Assembly (NCBI GenBank): GCA_022709715.1 | Contig: JAKLIH010000002.1 | Span: 1-59,784, forward strand | Source of the DNA: Patescibacteria group bacterium | GTDB taxonomy: Bacteria > Patescibacteriota > Minisyncoccia > UBA6257 > JAKLIH01 | DNA length: 59,784 nucleotides | Reading direction: 5' to 3' | In this document: one piece after another, positions 8,894-19,264 of the stretch | Position numbering within the stretch: the first letter of the stretch is position 1 | Layout of the letters: the number at the start of each line of letters is the position of its first letter | Notes under the pieces: model-generated | What the model was told of the DNA's origin: nothing | What the model saw: only the letters and a program-made list of their open reading frames with translations | Database searches by the model: none | Program-made: the position numbers and the translations under genes

Positions 8894-9901
8894 ATGGCTA
8901 AAAAAACAAAGACAAGTGAGACTGCTCCAACTAGTAATTTAGAAACAACTGTTAGAGAAATAAAGGATAGGTTTGGAGAAGGATCGATTATGGTATTGGG
9001 AGAAGCTAAAAAAGTTGATATTGGCTCGATTTCAACCGGATCACCATCGCTGGATATTGCCTTAGGTGTAGGCGGTATTCCCAGAGGACGAATTATTGAA
9101 ATCTATGGTGCCGAATCATCGGGAAAAACTACATTGTCTTTACATATAGTAGCAGAAATCCAAAAACAAGGAGGAACTGCCGCCTATATTGATGCTGAAC
9201 ATGCTTTAGATCCCGAATATGCTAAAAGAGTAGGGGTTAAAATCAATGACTTATTGATTTCTCAACCCGATCATGGCGAACAAGCATTGGAAATTATAGA
9301 AGCTTTGGTTAGGTCTGGTTCGATTGATTTAATTGTAGTTGATTCCGTGGCAGCATTAACGCCATTGGCAGAAATTGAAGGAGAAATGAGTGATCAACAA
9401 ATTGGTCTTCAAGCTAGATTAATGAGTAAAGCTCTGAGAAAATTAACAGCTCTAACGGCTAAAGTTAATACCACCATAATTTTTATCAATCAAATTAGAA
9501 TGAAAATTGGGATGATGGCTTATGGCAATCCGGAAACAACCCCGGGTGGCAAAGCTCTAAAATTCTTTACTTCAGTCAGAATTGAACTTAAAAGAATTGC
9601 TCAAATTAAAAAAGGTGATGATGTGGTTGGGAATCGCGTGGTAGCAAAAGTTGTAAAAAATAAAGTAGCCTCGCCGTTTAAAACTGGTGAATTTAATATT
9701 ATGTTTAACGAAGGGATTGCTTATTTTAATGACTTAGTAAACTTAGCCTTTAAAAATGGTATAGTTCAAAGATCGGGTACAACCTATAATTATAATGACA
9801 CAAAATTGGGAGTAGGAATTGACAATGCGGCTGAATTTTTACGAGAAAATCCTAAAGTGGCAAAAGAAATTCTAAAAAGCGTTCAAAGCAAGTTAGCCTA
9901 A
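8894..9901 (+). CDS. recA: recombinase RecA
   Basis: 335 aa. Walker [10 protein letters not shown], ..[10 protein letters not shown].. and other RecA hallmarks. Confidence 0.95.
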   Translation: MAKKTKTSETAPTSNLETTVREIKDRFGEGSIMVLGEAKKVDIGSISTGSPSLDIALGVGGIPRGRIIEIYGAESSGKTTLSLHIVAEIQKQGGTAAYIDAEHALDPEYAKRVGVKINDLLISQPDHGEQALEIIEALVRSGSIDLIVVDSVAALTPLAEIEGEMSDQQIGLQARLMSKALRKLTALTAKVNTTIIFINQIRMKIGMMAYGNPETTPGGKALKFFTSVRIELKRIAQIKKGDDVVGNRVVAKVVKNKVASPFKTGEFNIMFNEGIAYFNDLVNLAFKNGIVQRSGTTYNYNDTKLGVGIDNAAEFLRENPKVAKEILKSVQSKLA

Positions 9902-9928
9902 TTAAATAATTAAAATAAAAAGTAGAAA

Positions 9929-10429
9929 ATGAAAACGATAAAATATGATCTCACTTTGATTATTAAAGGAGATAAAAATCTTGAAGAAGCTCAAAAAATA
10001 TTTGATAATATTAAAACTAAATTGGAAAAATTGGGATTTATAATTGAAAAAACAATTAACCCAGTTTTAAAAGAGTTGGCATTTGAAATTAATAAATTTA
10101 AACAAGGTTATTTTGGGACTTTTATTTTTTCAATTGATAACTATGATCGAAAACAAGTGGAAGAGTTGTTTAAATTTGATGAAAATGTTTTGAGATTTTT
10201 AACAGTTATTTATAATGATGTTACAGCTAAACCAAAAATGAGATTAAGTCATAAAAGACAATCCGAAGTAAAATCAAAAGACGAAGCTATTGAATTGGCT
10301 GTTAATGAAGTAATATCTCCAACTCAAGAAGTGGTACAAGAAGAAAAAAATGTTCAAGAAAATATTGAGGAAAAGAAATCAATTGACCTAGAACATTTAG
10401 ATGAAAAGTTAGACGAATTACTAAAATAA
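9929..10429 (+). CDS. rpsF: 30S ribosomal protein S6 with acidic C-terminal extension
   Basis: S6-like N-terminal 95 aa (..VLRFLTV..) and position upstream of ssb. Confidence 0.8.
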   Translation: MKTIKYDLTLIIKGDKNLEEAQKIFDNIKTKLEKLGFIIEKTINPVLKELAFEINKFKQGYFGTFIFSIDNYDRKQVEELFKFDENVLRFLTVIYNDVTAKPKMRLSHKRQSEVKSKDEAIELAVNEVISPTQEVVQEEKNVQENIEEKKSIDLEHLDEKLDELLK

Positions 10430-10466
10430 AACTTACATTATTTAAACAAAATATTAATTTGTATTT

Positions 10467-10940
10467 ATGGATTTAAATTTAGTAATGCTCATAGGTAGAA
10501 TTACTCGCGATGCCGAATCGAAGGTAACACCTAGCGGGCAAAATGTCGTTAATTTTTCAATTGCTACTAATTCGGTTTGGATTGATAAAAATCAACAAAA
10601 ACAAGAAAGGACAGAATATCATAATTTAGTTTTTTGAGGAAAACGAGGCGAAACTTTAGCTCCTTATTTAACTAAAGGTAAGTTGGTTTTTATTGAAGGT
10701 GAACTAAGAACTAATTCTTGAGTTGGTCAAGACAGCCAGAAAAAATATAAAACTGAGATATTTGTAAAAAACTTACAGTTTGGTCCAAGAGCTAGCAATG
10801 ATGCTTCATTTTCTCAGATGGATAATAGCAATAAAGAAAGTTCTAAAAATGCTAGTGATGAAGAAATCCCTACCATTCAAGTGGGCAGTGAAGATAGTCC
10901 ATTTGAAGAAGATTTAGAAGGTGATGAAATACCGTTTTAA
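10467..10940 (+). CDS. ssb: single-stranded DNA-binding protein
   Basis: Absent from the track because of two in-frame TGA codons. OB-fold sequence MDLNLVMLIGRITRDAE.., acidic tail ..DEIPF. Both TGA codons lie at conserved SSB Trp positions. Confidence 0.85.
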
Positions 10941-11040
10941 TCAATATTTTTAATCGTAGAACTAGTCGGTTAAATTTAACTTGATTAATCAAGTTTTTTG
11001 TGATATAATTTAAAATGTTAATTAAATTAATAGAATTGGT

Positions 11041-11322
11041 ATGAAAAAAGATATACATCCAAAATATTATGAATCAAAAGTAAAATGTGCTTGTGGAAAT
11101 ACTTTTGTAGTAGGTTCAACCAGCGAAAGTTTAGATATTGAAGTTTGCTCTCAATGTCACCCTTTTTATACTGGTAAATCAAAAAAATTAGATATTGCTG
11201 GTAGAGTTAATAAATTTGAAAAGAAAGTCAGTAAAGCCAAAGAATTAAAAGCCAAAGCCGGTACTAAAAAAGTTAGAGCTAAAAAAGAAACCAAGAAAAC
11301 TCAAAAAATTGGCAATAAATAA
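11041..11322 (+). CDS. rpmE: 50S ribosomal protein L31 with Lys-rich tail
   Basis: [22 protein letters not shown] signature. Confidence 0.85.
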   Translation: MKKDIHPKYYESKVKCACGNTFVVGSTSESLDIEVCSQCHPFYTGKSKKLDIAGRVNKFEKKVSKAKELKAKAGTKKVRAKKETKKTQKIGNK

Positions 11323-11330
11323 CCCAAATA

Positions 11331-11365
11331 AAAACTACTATCTTTTAGGGGGTAGTAGTTTTTTA
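11331..11365 (+). terminator. rho-independent terminator after rpmE
   Basis: actacta..tagtagt hairpin plus T-run. Confidence 0.6.
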
Positions 11366-11415
11366 TTTAAAAAAATGATAAAATAATATAAGTATTATAA
11401 AATAATTAAATAATT

Positions 11416-12510
11416 ATGAATAACGATTTAAAAGCCAAGTTAGAAAAACTAAGACTAGATAAAAATGAGGTTATTAATAAGATGAGTGACCCTGAGGTTT
11501 TAAAAAATCAAAAAGAATATGAATCGCTAGTTCGGGATTTAAAAGATATTGATAAATGATTGTTTTATTTAGAAGATTTAGATCGGGTTGAAAAGCATAT
11601 TAATGATGACAATTCAATGCTTGAAAGTGAAACCGATGATGAAATTATTAATGAAATAAATAAAGATTTAACAAAAAATCAAGAAAAACAGGAAAAGCTT
11701 TTGGGCCAAATAAATAAATTAATCGAGGAAGAAAACGTATCCGAAGACGATAAAATCAATAATATTATTTTAGAGGTTAGGGCTGGCACGGGTGGAGATG
11801 AGGCAGCCATTTTTGCTTTTGATTTATATAGAATGTACATGCGTTATTGCGAAAAGAAAAACTGAGATATAAATATGTTGGATGTTAGTGAAAATACTAC
11901 TGGTGGTTATAAAGAGGTAGTGGCGGAAATAAAAGGAGACGGTTGTTATCGCGAGTTGAAATATGAAGCTGGTGTTCATCGAGTACAAAGAGTTCCAGTT
12001 ACTGAAAAACAAGGACGCATTCATACTTCAACGGCCACAGTGGCAATACTTCCAAAAGTAACTGAAAAAGAAGTAGAATTAAAAGATAGTGATTTAGAAT
12101 ATGATTTTTTTAAATCATCAGGTAAAGGTGGTCAAAATGTTCAAAAGGTTGAAACGGCAGTGAGAATTAAACATAAACCAACGGGGATTGTGGTTACTTG
12201 TCAAGTAGAAAGATCACAATTGAAAAATCGCGAAAGGGCGTTGAGCGTTTTGAGGTCTAAACTATGAGAAATTGAAAAAGAAAAACAATTTGGGGATATT
12301 GATGATACTAGAAGATCACAAGTGGGTACAGCCAAAAGATGCGAAAAAATACGAACCTATAATTTTCCCCAAGATAGAATTACCGATCATAGACTGGGCG
12401 AAAGCTTCCATAACATTGAATCAATCATGGAAGGGAATATTGAAAATATTTTAAACGCTATGAAAAAATTAGACGATCCAAACTTTGTTCCAGGACAAGA
12501 CGAAGAGTAA
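11416..12510 (+). CDS. prfA: peptide chain release factor 1
   Basis: Four same-frame pieces joined by TGA at 11557, 11863 and 12265. GGQ motif ([10 protein letters not shown]), RF1-type tripeptide (PVT) and ..RTYNFPQ.. Confidence 0.9.
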
Positions 12511-12556
12511 CCTTATTGTTGATTAAAACAATTTTAATATATTTGCTTTAATATTT

Positions 12557-14575
12557 ATGAAAAAATTATTATATGTTTTGTCGTTAGTATGCTTATTTTT
12601 TGTAGTTTTAATTAGTAATGTTAAAGCTGGGTTTTACGATGAATGAGCTAAATTTTTTCAAAATGCTTTATTCTATCAAGAAAATAAACCGACAGAGTCA
12701 TTAGATGTTACAGGTAACGATATAGTTGTTGATGAATTTAAAAATGATAATATTTGCTTCCATAGCGAAATGTCTATTGGTCACGAAAACAATGATGTTA
12801 AAAATTTGCAGCAATTTCTCTATAAAAAAGGATTTTATAAAGAGGGGTTGATAACTGGTTATTTCGGTATTTTAACGGAGAAAGCAGTGATCAATTTTCA
12901 AAATTATTATTTTAACGATATATTAAAATCGACGGGATTGTCAAAGGCCACTGGTTATGTGGGCCAAGCTACTTTGGCAAAGCTTCACGAATTAACTCAG
13001 TGCAGTTTTGGTGAAAGCAAAGCATTGGAAAATAATGGTAATGAAATAGCTGATGTCAAACCGGAGACTGATGTTGATTTAACTGATATTTTGAATAAAT
13101 CAACGGATAAAGAACCAACATTAAAATGATATAGATTAGACAGAGCATTTATTAAAGGTTGCCATTCAGATACATGAGATAATTATTGTTATCAAAATAT
13201 GGCAATTTTGGGGGTTGATGCTTTTAAGTTTGAGCCTTGCATAAAATATTATATAGAAAAACAGGGAATAAGAATAAATGATTTAAAAAATAATGTTTAT
13301 TTGCCGTGCTCTGCTTGCGGATGTGAAATTCCCGATACATATGTTCAGATTGAACCAATGTATGTTGAAAAATTAAAATCAATTGGTTTTGTCGAAACGT
13401 TAAATAATTCTTTTATACCTACGACCACCACTACTAAAAAACCATTTCAAGTTGTGAGCGCTATAGATGTTCCTTGTTATGCTTTTCCTCACGAAGCGTA
13501 TGTAAACGAACCAGTTCATATTGTTTCTTGGTGAGACTCAAAAAAAGTAGCCAAAAAAGATCAATTTCCTTCAATAAATGATGTTAACGGCGAATGATTG
13601 CTGGCGGATGGGCAAATCTTGAATGATATACAAGTGATCGATAATTCTTTGTGTCAAACATTTTTCTGGCCATACAAAGACCCTTATGATTATAGTAATA
13701 ATATAGTTTTTGGCCGTCTATCAAGTATAAGGTATAGTGAGGCTGATTGCTATGCTTTTAAAAAGCCAGGAACATATATATATCGGGCTTCTTATATAAA
13801 AGAAGAAAAATATCAAAAAACTACTTATAACTATAATTGTGAATTTAAAGTTGAAGAAAATCCAAAATATAAAATTATTTTTGTAACTGAAGATCGCTAT
13901 CCAGGCAATTTTGCATGAGATCCATATATGAAAAACGATTATCAAATAGTTGGTAATGGTTTGTGTACTGAGCAAGCTAAAAAATTTGGTTTTGTAGGAG
14001 AATTTGAGGCAATTTTTGATTTGAATTTAATCAGTAAATATGTGTATCGATCAATTAAACCAAAAAAATATATAATGGACGACGATATATTAAAAGATGG
14101 ACTTACGGATGGACAAAAAACCAGTATTCAATCAAAAGGTTTGATTTATAAAAATTTGTATTGCGACGGTCGATATGTTAAATTTTTTGATGTTTTTAAT
14201 TGTTCGAAAAGCACATCTGGATTTTTGGAGAATTCCATTTTTTGCCAATTACCAAACCTTTCAGAGTTACTACAACATAGAATTATTGATTCTGTTTGGA
14301 ATAGACAATCTTTTCATGAATGCGAGCAACTCTTTACGGTGGCCGATTGCAGTGAAAAATATTCAGCTTTTAATAAGCCATATACGTCGAATAACGATAA
14401 AGTTTATGGGCGAACATTGAAAGAGCCTCTTGCGGATTGTAGACGGATCAATCCATGAGATTCATGCGCAATAGATAAAACCACTAGCTTGGTTTCTTGT
14501 GATGAGAAGCATTATCTATTATGTACCGAAAAAGAAGCCAGGACTGATTTAGAGAGGCAAAGTGATGAGCGATAG
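12557..14575 (+). CDS. large secreted Cys-rich protein with a peptidoglycan-binding (PG_binding_1-like) domain
   Basis: Five same-frame track pieces plus an N-terminal piece, joined by about 9 TGA codons. Signal peptide MKKLLYVLSLVCLFFVVLISNVKA. ..VKNLQQFLYKKGFY..GYFG..T..AV..FQ.. motif. Many Cys. Confidence 0.65.
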
Positions 14576-14732
14576 GTCACTATCGATAAAAGCATAACCC
14601 TTGATTTTCATTAGATTTTGTGATATAATAAAACCATAATAAAAATCGGTAAAGTCCGTATTTTTTATCATCGAAACATAAAAGATACCATAACCGTGGA
14701 CTTGCTTAATAAATAAAAATAAAGAAAAAATT

Positions 14733-15422
14733 ATGGAAATTGATTCAAAAAAGATTCAAGATATGATACAAAGTGGACTTCACTATGGTCATAAGAAGAA
14801 TAAAACTCACCCTAAAGCTGCTCAGTTTATCTTGCCAACCAAGAACAATATAGAAATTATGAACTTGGAAATTACTTATACTAAGATGCAAGAGGCAATT
14901 GAAAAAATCCAAAAAACCATTAACAATAATGGTATTGTGTTGTTTGTTTCAACCTTGCCTTCAGCTCGTGATTGTATAAAAGATATTGCCAAATATCTTA
15001 ATCAACCCTATGTTGTTAGTCGTTGAATTGGTGGATTGCTTACAAACTATAAAACTATTAGTGAAAGAGTCAAACACTATATGGAGGTAAAACAAAAATT
15101 GCAAGATGGTGAATTTGATAAATATACTAAAAAAGAAAGAGTTAAGATGGAAAAGGAATTAGCCAAGCTTGAAGAAAAGTTCGGAGGCTTAACGGTTATG
15201 CATAAAAAACCAGATTTAGTTTTTATAGTTGATCCTAACTATCATAAAACTGCTGTACTTGAAGCTAATTCAAGTGATATTGATATTATTGCTGTGCTTG
15301 ATAATGATGACAATCCAACTAATATTGATTGTCCTATCCCAGCTAACGATAGTTCGGTGTCTTCAATTAGTTATATTCTAGGAGAAATCAAATCTAATGT
15401 TAAGACAAAAACTATTATTTAA
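14733..15422 (+). CDS. rpsB: 30S ribosomal protein S2
   Basis: Two same-frame pieces joined by TGA at 15024, which sits at the 'RW(L/I)GG' Trp. Confidence 0.9.
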
Positions 15423-15442
15423 TAATTTATTAAATTTGTATT

Positions 15443-16297
15443 ATGGAAGCAATGGATTTAATTAAACAATTAAGAGATGAAACTGGCGTAGCGGTTATGG
15501 ATTGTAAAAGAGCTCTTGATAAAGCTGGTAATGATATTGAAAAAGCTAGAATTATTTTAAAAGAAGAAGGATTAGCCAAAGCTGATAAAAAAGCTGAAAG
15601 AGAAACTAAAATTGGTGTAATCGCTACTTTTGTTGATGATCAAAATAAAAATGGAGCTATTGTAGAATTTCGATGTGAAACTGATTTTGTGGCTAAAAAT
15701 GAAGGATTTATTAAAGTGGCCGATGAAATAGCTAAAATAACAGCTTTAAACAATCCAACTGATAATGCTGATTTATTACAAAAAGCTAATGAAAGCGGTG
15801 AAACGGTAGATTTAATCATTCGTAATTTAGTTGCTAAGATTGGTGAAAAAATGGAAGTAAGCCGATTTAATAAAGTTGAAACCAGTGGTTATTTAACTTC
15901 ATATATTCACGCGGGTAATCGTTTAGGTGTTTTGTTAGAAATGAGTGCGGATCAAGATATATGAAGCAATAATGTTGCCAAAGAATTGGCTCATGATATA
16001 GCCATGCAAATTGCAGCAATGTCACCAATCGCTGTTTCTTCTGAAAATTTGTCTGCGGAAGATGTTAAAAATGTTAAAGATTATATAGAAGATGAATTAA
16101 CAAAAGAAAATAAGCCAGAAGAAATTAAAGCGAAAATTAGAGATGGTCGAATTCAAAAAAGATTCTCCGAAATTTGTTTGAATTGTCAGCCATTTATTAA
16201 AAACGATTCTTTAACGGTAGAAAAACTTTTAGCCGAAAAAGGTAAAGAATTAAACGCCAATATTAAAATTGTTAATTTTATAAGATATCAAATTTAA
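15443..16297 (+). CDS. tsf: elongation factor Ts
   Basis: UBA-like N-terminus (..LRDETGVAVMDCKRAL..). Follows rpsB. Joined by TGA at 15962. Confidence 0.9.
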
Positions 16298-16300
16298 AAT

Positions 16301-16849
16301 ATGTTTGACTATTGATTTTTATTAACATTAACTTTGGGTGTCATTGGCATTTTTTGGTTAGTTAATAAAAAAATACAATCAAATAATAACGATGATAAAA
16401 GTGTTGAAATTAATGAACAGCGAGTTGTTATTAAAAAATTTGATTTAGAAAACATTGAAAAGAAAGTAGTTGTTACTCTCGAGAAGATTTTAAAAAGATT
16501 GAGAATTTTGGTTTTGAGAACTGACAATAATCTAAGCCAATTTTTGAAAAAATTGAAATCTCAAAAAAATGATGAAAAAATATTTTCGGTCAGCAAATTA
16601 ACTAGTTGTGAAATTATAACCGAAGCTGATAGAGAAACAACTCGAGTTCTAGAAATTAATTATTTAGAAAGCGTAAAAGACAATCCTAATATTGATAATT
16701 TCTTGAAACTAGCTGAACTATATTTAAATTATCATGATTTTAATTCGTGCAGAGCATTGTTGTATAAGATTTGAGAAATTGATAACAAAAATGAAAAGTT
16801 AGCTCAATTATTGAAAGATCTTAAAAGTATTGAATGTAATCAAAAATAA
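16301..16849 (+). CDS. hypothetical membrane-anchored protein
   Basis: N-terminal TM helix. In-frame TGA at 16313 and 16772; TAA at 16847. Confidence 0.5.
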
Positions 16850-16864
16850 TTTTGATTACATTGT

Positions 16865-16936
16865 GCCGAGATAGCTCAACGGTAGAGCAACGGTTTTGTA
16901 AACCGTAGGTTGAAGGTTCAAATCCTTTTCTCGGCT
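16865..16936 (+). tRNA. tRNA-Thr (anticodon UGU)
   Basis: Cloverleaf: acceptor gccgaga/tctcggc; anticodon stem acggt/accgt with loop tt-TGT-aa; T-arm gaagg-ttcaaat-ccttt. Confidence 0.85.
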
Positions 16937-16986
16937 CAGAGTTAATTTAAAAAAGTTAGCTCCATTGTAGTAAATAATTTTTTGAA

Positions 16987-17784
16987 ATGCCTAGCAGATG
17001 AACAAAAGAAGAAGAAAGCAAAAAACGCAAAGAATTATTAGCTCTTTATATAAAAGAAAATAAAACCATAGGTGAGATATCCAAGATTTTAAATATTGGC
17101 CAAAGTACAGTTTTTGATAGGTTGCTACGTTTAAATATTAAATCTCAACCATCCAAAAAGAAATATTATAAAAATAGAAAATACTATGTTAATATTCCTA
17201 AAAGAAAATCTAATAAACTTGCTGAGTTTATAGGAATTATGTTAGGAGATGGACATATAAGTCATTTTCAGATTACTGTTACTCTAGGAACAAAAGAATG
17301 CGAATATGTGAAATATGTATCTAATTTAATGAATGAAGTATTTAAAACTCAATCTAAAATTACTATAAGAAAATGTGGATATAAAACAGTATATGTCGGT
17401 TCTACGGAAGTAGTAAAATGATTAGAATCCATGGGTTTAGTAAATAATAAAGTTAAAAGCCAAGTGGATATTCCAGATTGAATATTAGAAAAAGATTGTT
17501 TTATGAAAAATGTTTTACGTGGATTGATAGACACTGATGGTACAATTTATAAATTGAGGTTTGGAGTTCAAATTATGTTTTGCAACAGATCAATGTTTTT
17601 ATTAAATGGAGTAAGGAGTATTTTTGTAAAATTAGGGTATCATCCTTCTAAAATTAGTGGTTTTCAAGTATATTTAACTAGAAGACAAGAAGTATTAAAA
17701 TTTATTAAAGAAATTGGTTTTCATAATTCAAAGCATAAAAAACGTTGTTCCAAATTTCTTAAAAAATATGGGTACGTCGTATAG
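16987..17784 (+). CDS. free-standing LAGLIDADG homing endonuclease-like protein with N-terminal HTH
   Basis: Three same-frame pieces joined by TGA. Two LAGLIDADG motifs (LAEFIGIMLGDGHI; VLRGLIDTDGTIY). The last 15 nt overlap tRNA-Tyr. Confidence 0.75.
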
Positions 17785-17852
17785 CGGCAATTACAACAGA
17801 CTGTAAATCTGTCGGCTTAAAGCCTACGTAGGTTCGAGTCCTACCGTGCCCA
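17770..17852 (+). tRNA. tRNA-Tyr (anticodon GUA)
   Basis: Acceptor gggtacg/cgtgccc; anticodon arm acaga-ct-GTA-aa-tctgt; long variable arm typical of bacterial tRNA-Tyr. Confidence 0.85.
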
Positions 17853-17857
17853 CATTT

Positions 17858-17929
17858 GCCGGAGTGGCTCAGTGGTAAAGCACGTCCTTGGTAAGGACGG
17901 GATCGAGAGTCCGATTCTCTCCTCCGGCT
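17858..17929 (+). tRNA. tRNA-Thr (anticodon GGU)
   Basis: Acceptor gccggag/ctccggc; anticodon arm cgtcc-tt-GGT-aa-ggacg. The T-loop tccgatt is slightly non-canonical. Confidence 0.8.
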
Positions 17930-17972
17930 CAAAGCAAAAATATAATAAAAAATAAATATATAAACAAAAAAT

Positions 17973-18131
17973 ATGAAAAAAGAAGTTTTGATAAAGATAC
18001 AATGTAATGATTGTAAAAGCATTAACTATTGTACTCGAAAAAATAAAAAAACTATAAAGGGTAAAATAGAATTAAAAAAACATTGCTCAAAATGCAGAAA
18101 ACATACATTGCATAAAGAAACCAAGAAATAA
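17973..18131 (+). CDS. rpmG: 50S ribosomal protein L33
   Basis: 52-aa ORF below the track cutoff: MKKEVLIKIQCNDCKSINYCTRKNKK..LKKHCSKCRKHTLHKETK matches the L33 pattern. Confidence 0.8.
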   Translation: MKKEVLIKIQCNDCKSINYCTRKNKKTIKGKIELKKHCSKCRKHTLHKETKK

Positions 18132-18182
18132 ATCAAAAGTCAAAGGTCAAAAATCAAAAATATATCTAAAAAATCAAAAATA
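18132..18182 (+). repeat. heptamer (TCAAA-word) array, left arm
   Basis: aatcaaa agtcaaa ggtcaaa aatcaaa ... Confidence 0.7.
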
Positions 18183-18543
18183 ATGGAAACTAATAATTTT
18201 CATAATAGATTAGTAGATTATGCACAAGATGTGTTATTTTTTTGTTAGGGATTTACCGAATGAAAAATTATTTTGATCTATATCAGACCAATTGTTAAGA
18301 TCTGCAACTTCAATTGGTGCTAACATCATTGAAGCAAGAGCTTCAAGCTCAAAAAAAGATTTTATTAAGTTTTATGAAATTGCTTTGAAGAGTGCTAACG
18401 AAACAATTTATTGATTAGAGATTATTATAGAAATAGTGCCAAAGAATTTATTAGATAAATTAAAAATATTACAAAAAGAGACTGATGAGCTAGCAAAAAT
18501 TGTAGCTGCTAGTATTTTGACAATGAAAAATAAAAAAATTTAA
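18183..18543 (+). pseudogene. four-helix-bundle (23S-IVS-type) gene, frameshifted in a T7 run
   Basis: The ATG 18183 frame hits TAG at 18246. Shifting frame at T-run 18237-18243 gives ..LLRSATSIGANIIEARASSSKKDFIKFYEIALKSANETIYW.. Confidence 0.6.
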
Positions 18544-18544
18544 T

Positions 18545-18596
18545 AAGATTTGATTTATAGATTTGATATTTGATTTATGAGATTTGATTTAATTTT
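18545..18596 (-). repeat. heptamer array in reverse orientation (TTTGATT words), right arm
   Basis: gatttgatttatagatttgatatttgatttatgagatttgattt is the reverse complement of the TCAAA words. Confidence 0.7.
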
Positions 18597-18669
18597 AGGG
18601 GCGTAGCTCAACTGGTAGAGCTGCAGTCTTCAAAACTGATGGTTGCGGGTTCGACTCCTGCCGCCCCTG
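18597..18669 (+). tRNA. tRNA-Trp (anticodon UCA), the UGA decoder
   Basis: aggggcg..cgcccct acceptor with A1-U72, G73 discriminator and anticodon loop ct-TCA-aa (18630-18632). Overall very similar to E. coli tRNA-Trp and to the CCA copy at 31289. Confidence 0.9.
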
Positions 18670-18703
18670 CCTATGATAAATCTCCGACAGGCAGGCCTGC
18701 AAA

Positions 18704-18729
18704 CCCTTGACGAAAGTCAAGGGGTTTTT
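18704..18729 (+). terminator. rho-independent terminator after tRNA-Trp(UCA)
   Basis: cccttgac-gaaa-gtcaaggg plus ttttt. Confidence 0.7.
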
Positions 18730-18784
18730 GATTTGCAAAAGATATAGGAAGTGTGGTATAATGGAAATATAATAAAATAAACAT

Positions 18785-19264
18785 ATGAAAAGTATTAGAA
18801 AAATAAGAATTCGAAAAGTTAAAAAGGATGATTGGAAATATTTTAAGATATGGTGGAAACATCCAGCATTAGATGATTTAAGTGGCGATACTAATCCAAA
18901 ACATTCTACGGATAAGTGATTATTTGGAAGTTTTATGAGAATGATTAATGATTCAAAAAGATTAGATTATATTGTTTTAAATGAGAAAGGGATTATTATC
19001 GGCCATTTTAATTTAATTTTATATAAAAATTATGTGCAATTTGATATCAAAATTGGTGAAGAAAAATATCGAAATAAAGGATACGGGACTTTGATGACAA
19101 AGAAAGCGATTCAGATCGTGTTTAAAAAATTAAAATATAAAAAATTGGTTTTGGATGTTAAAGTAACAAATTTAAGAGCAATTAGGGTATATGAAAAATG
19201 TGGATTTAAAATAATAAGAAAAACAAAGGATGGGAAGCTATATAGAATGGTTATTATAACCTAA
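18785..19264 (+). CDS. GNAT family N-acetyltransferase
   Basis: ..YRNKGYGTLMTKKAIQIVF..LDV...N..AIRVYEKCGF.. is a GNAT motif A region. One in-frame TGA, so native code usage. Confidence 0.7.

Noticed and set aside
14576-14732. rpsB 5' leader as an S2 autoregulatory structure (aagtcc .. ggactt pairing)
   Set aside because: Only one 6-bp long-range pairing was found by eye. The additional cgg/ccg pairing would not nest. This is insufficient without folding or comparative data.
18597-18669. UGA=Gly (code 25, SR1/Gracilibacteria) as the explanation for in-frame TGA
   Set aside because: Every TGA I could place against a remembered conserved motif falls on Trp, not Gly. The UCA tRNA has tRNA-Trp-like acceptor and discriminator features and a CCA-anticodon paralogue at 31289.
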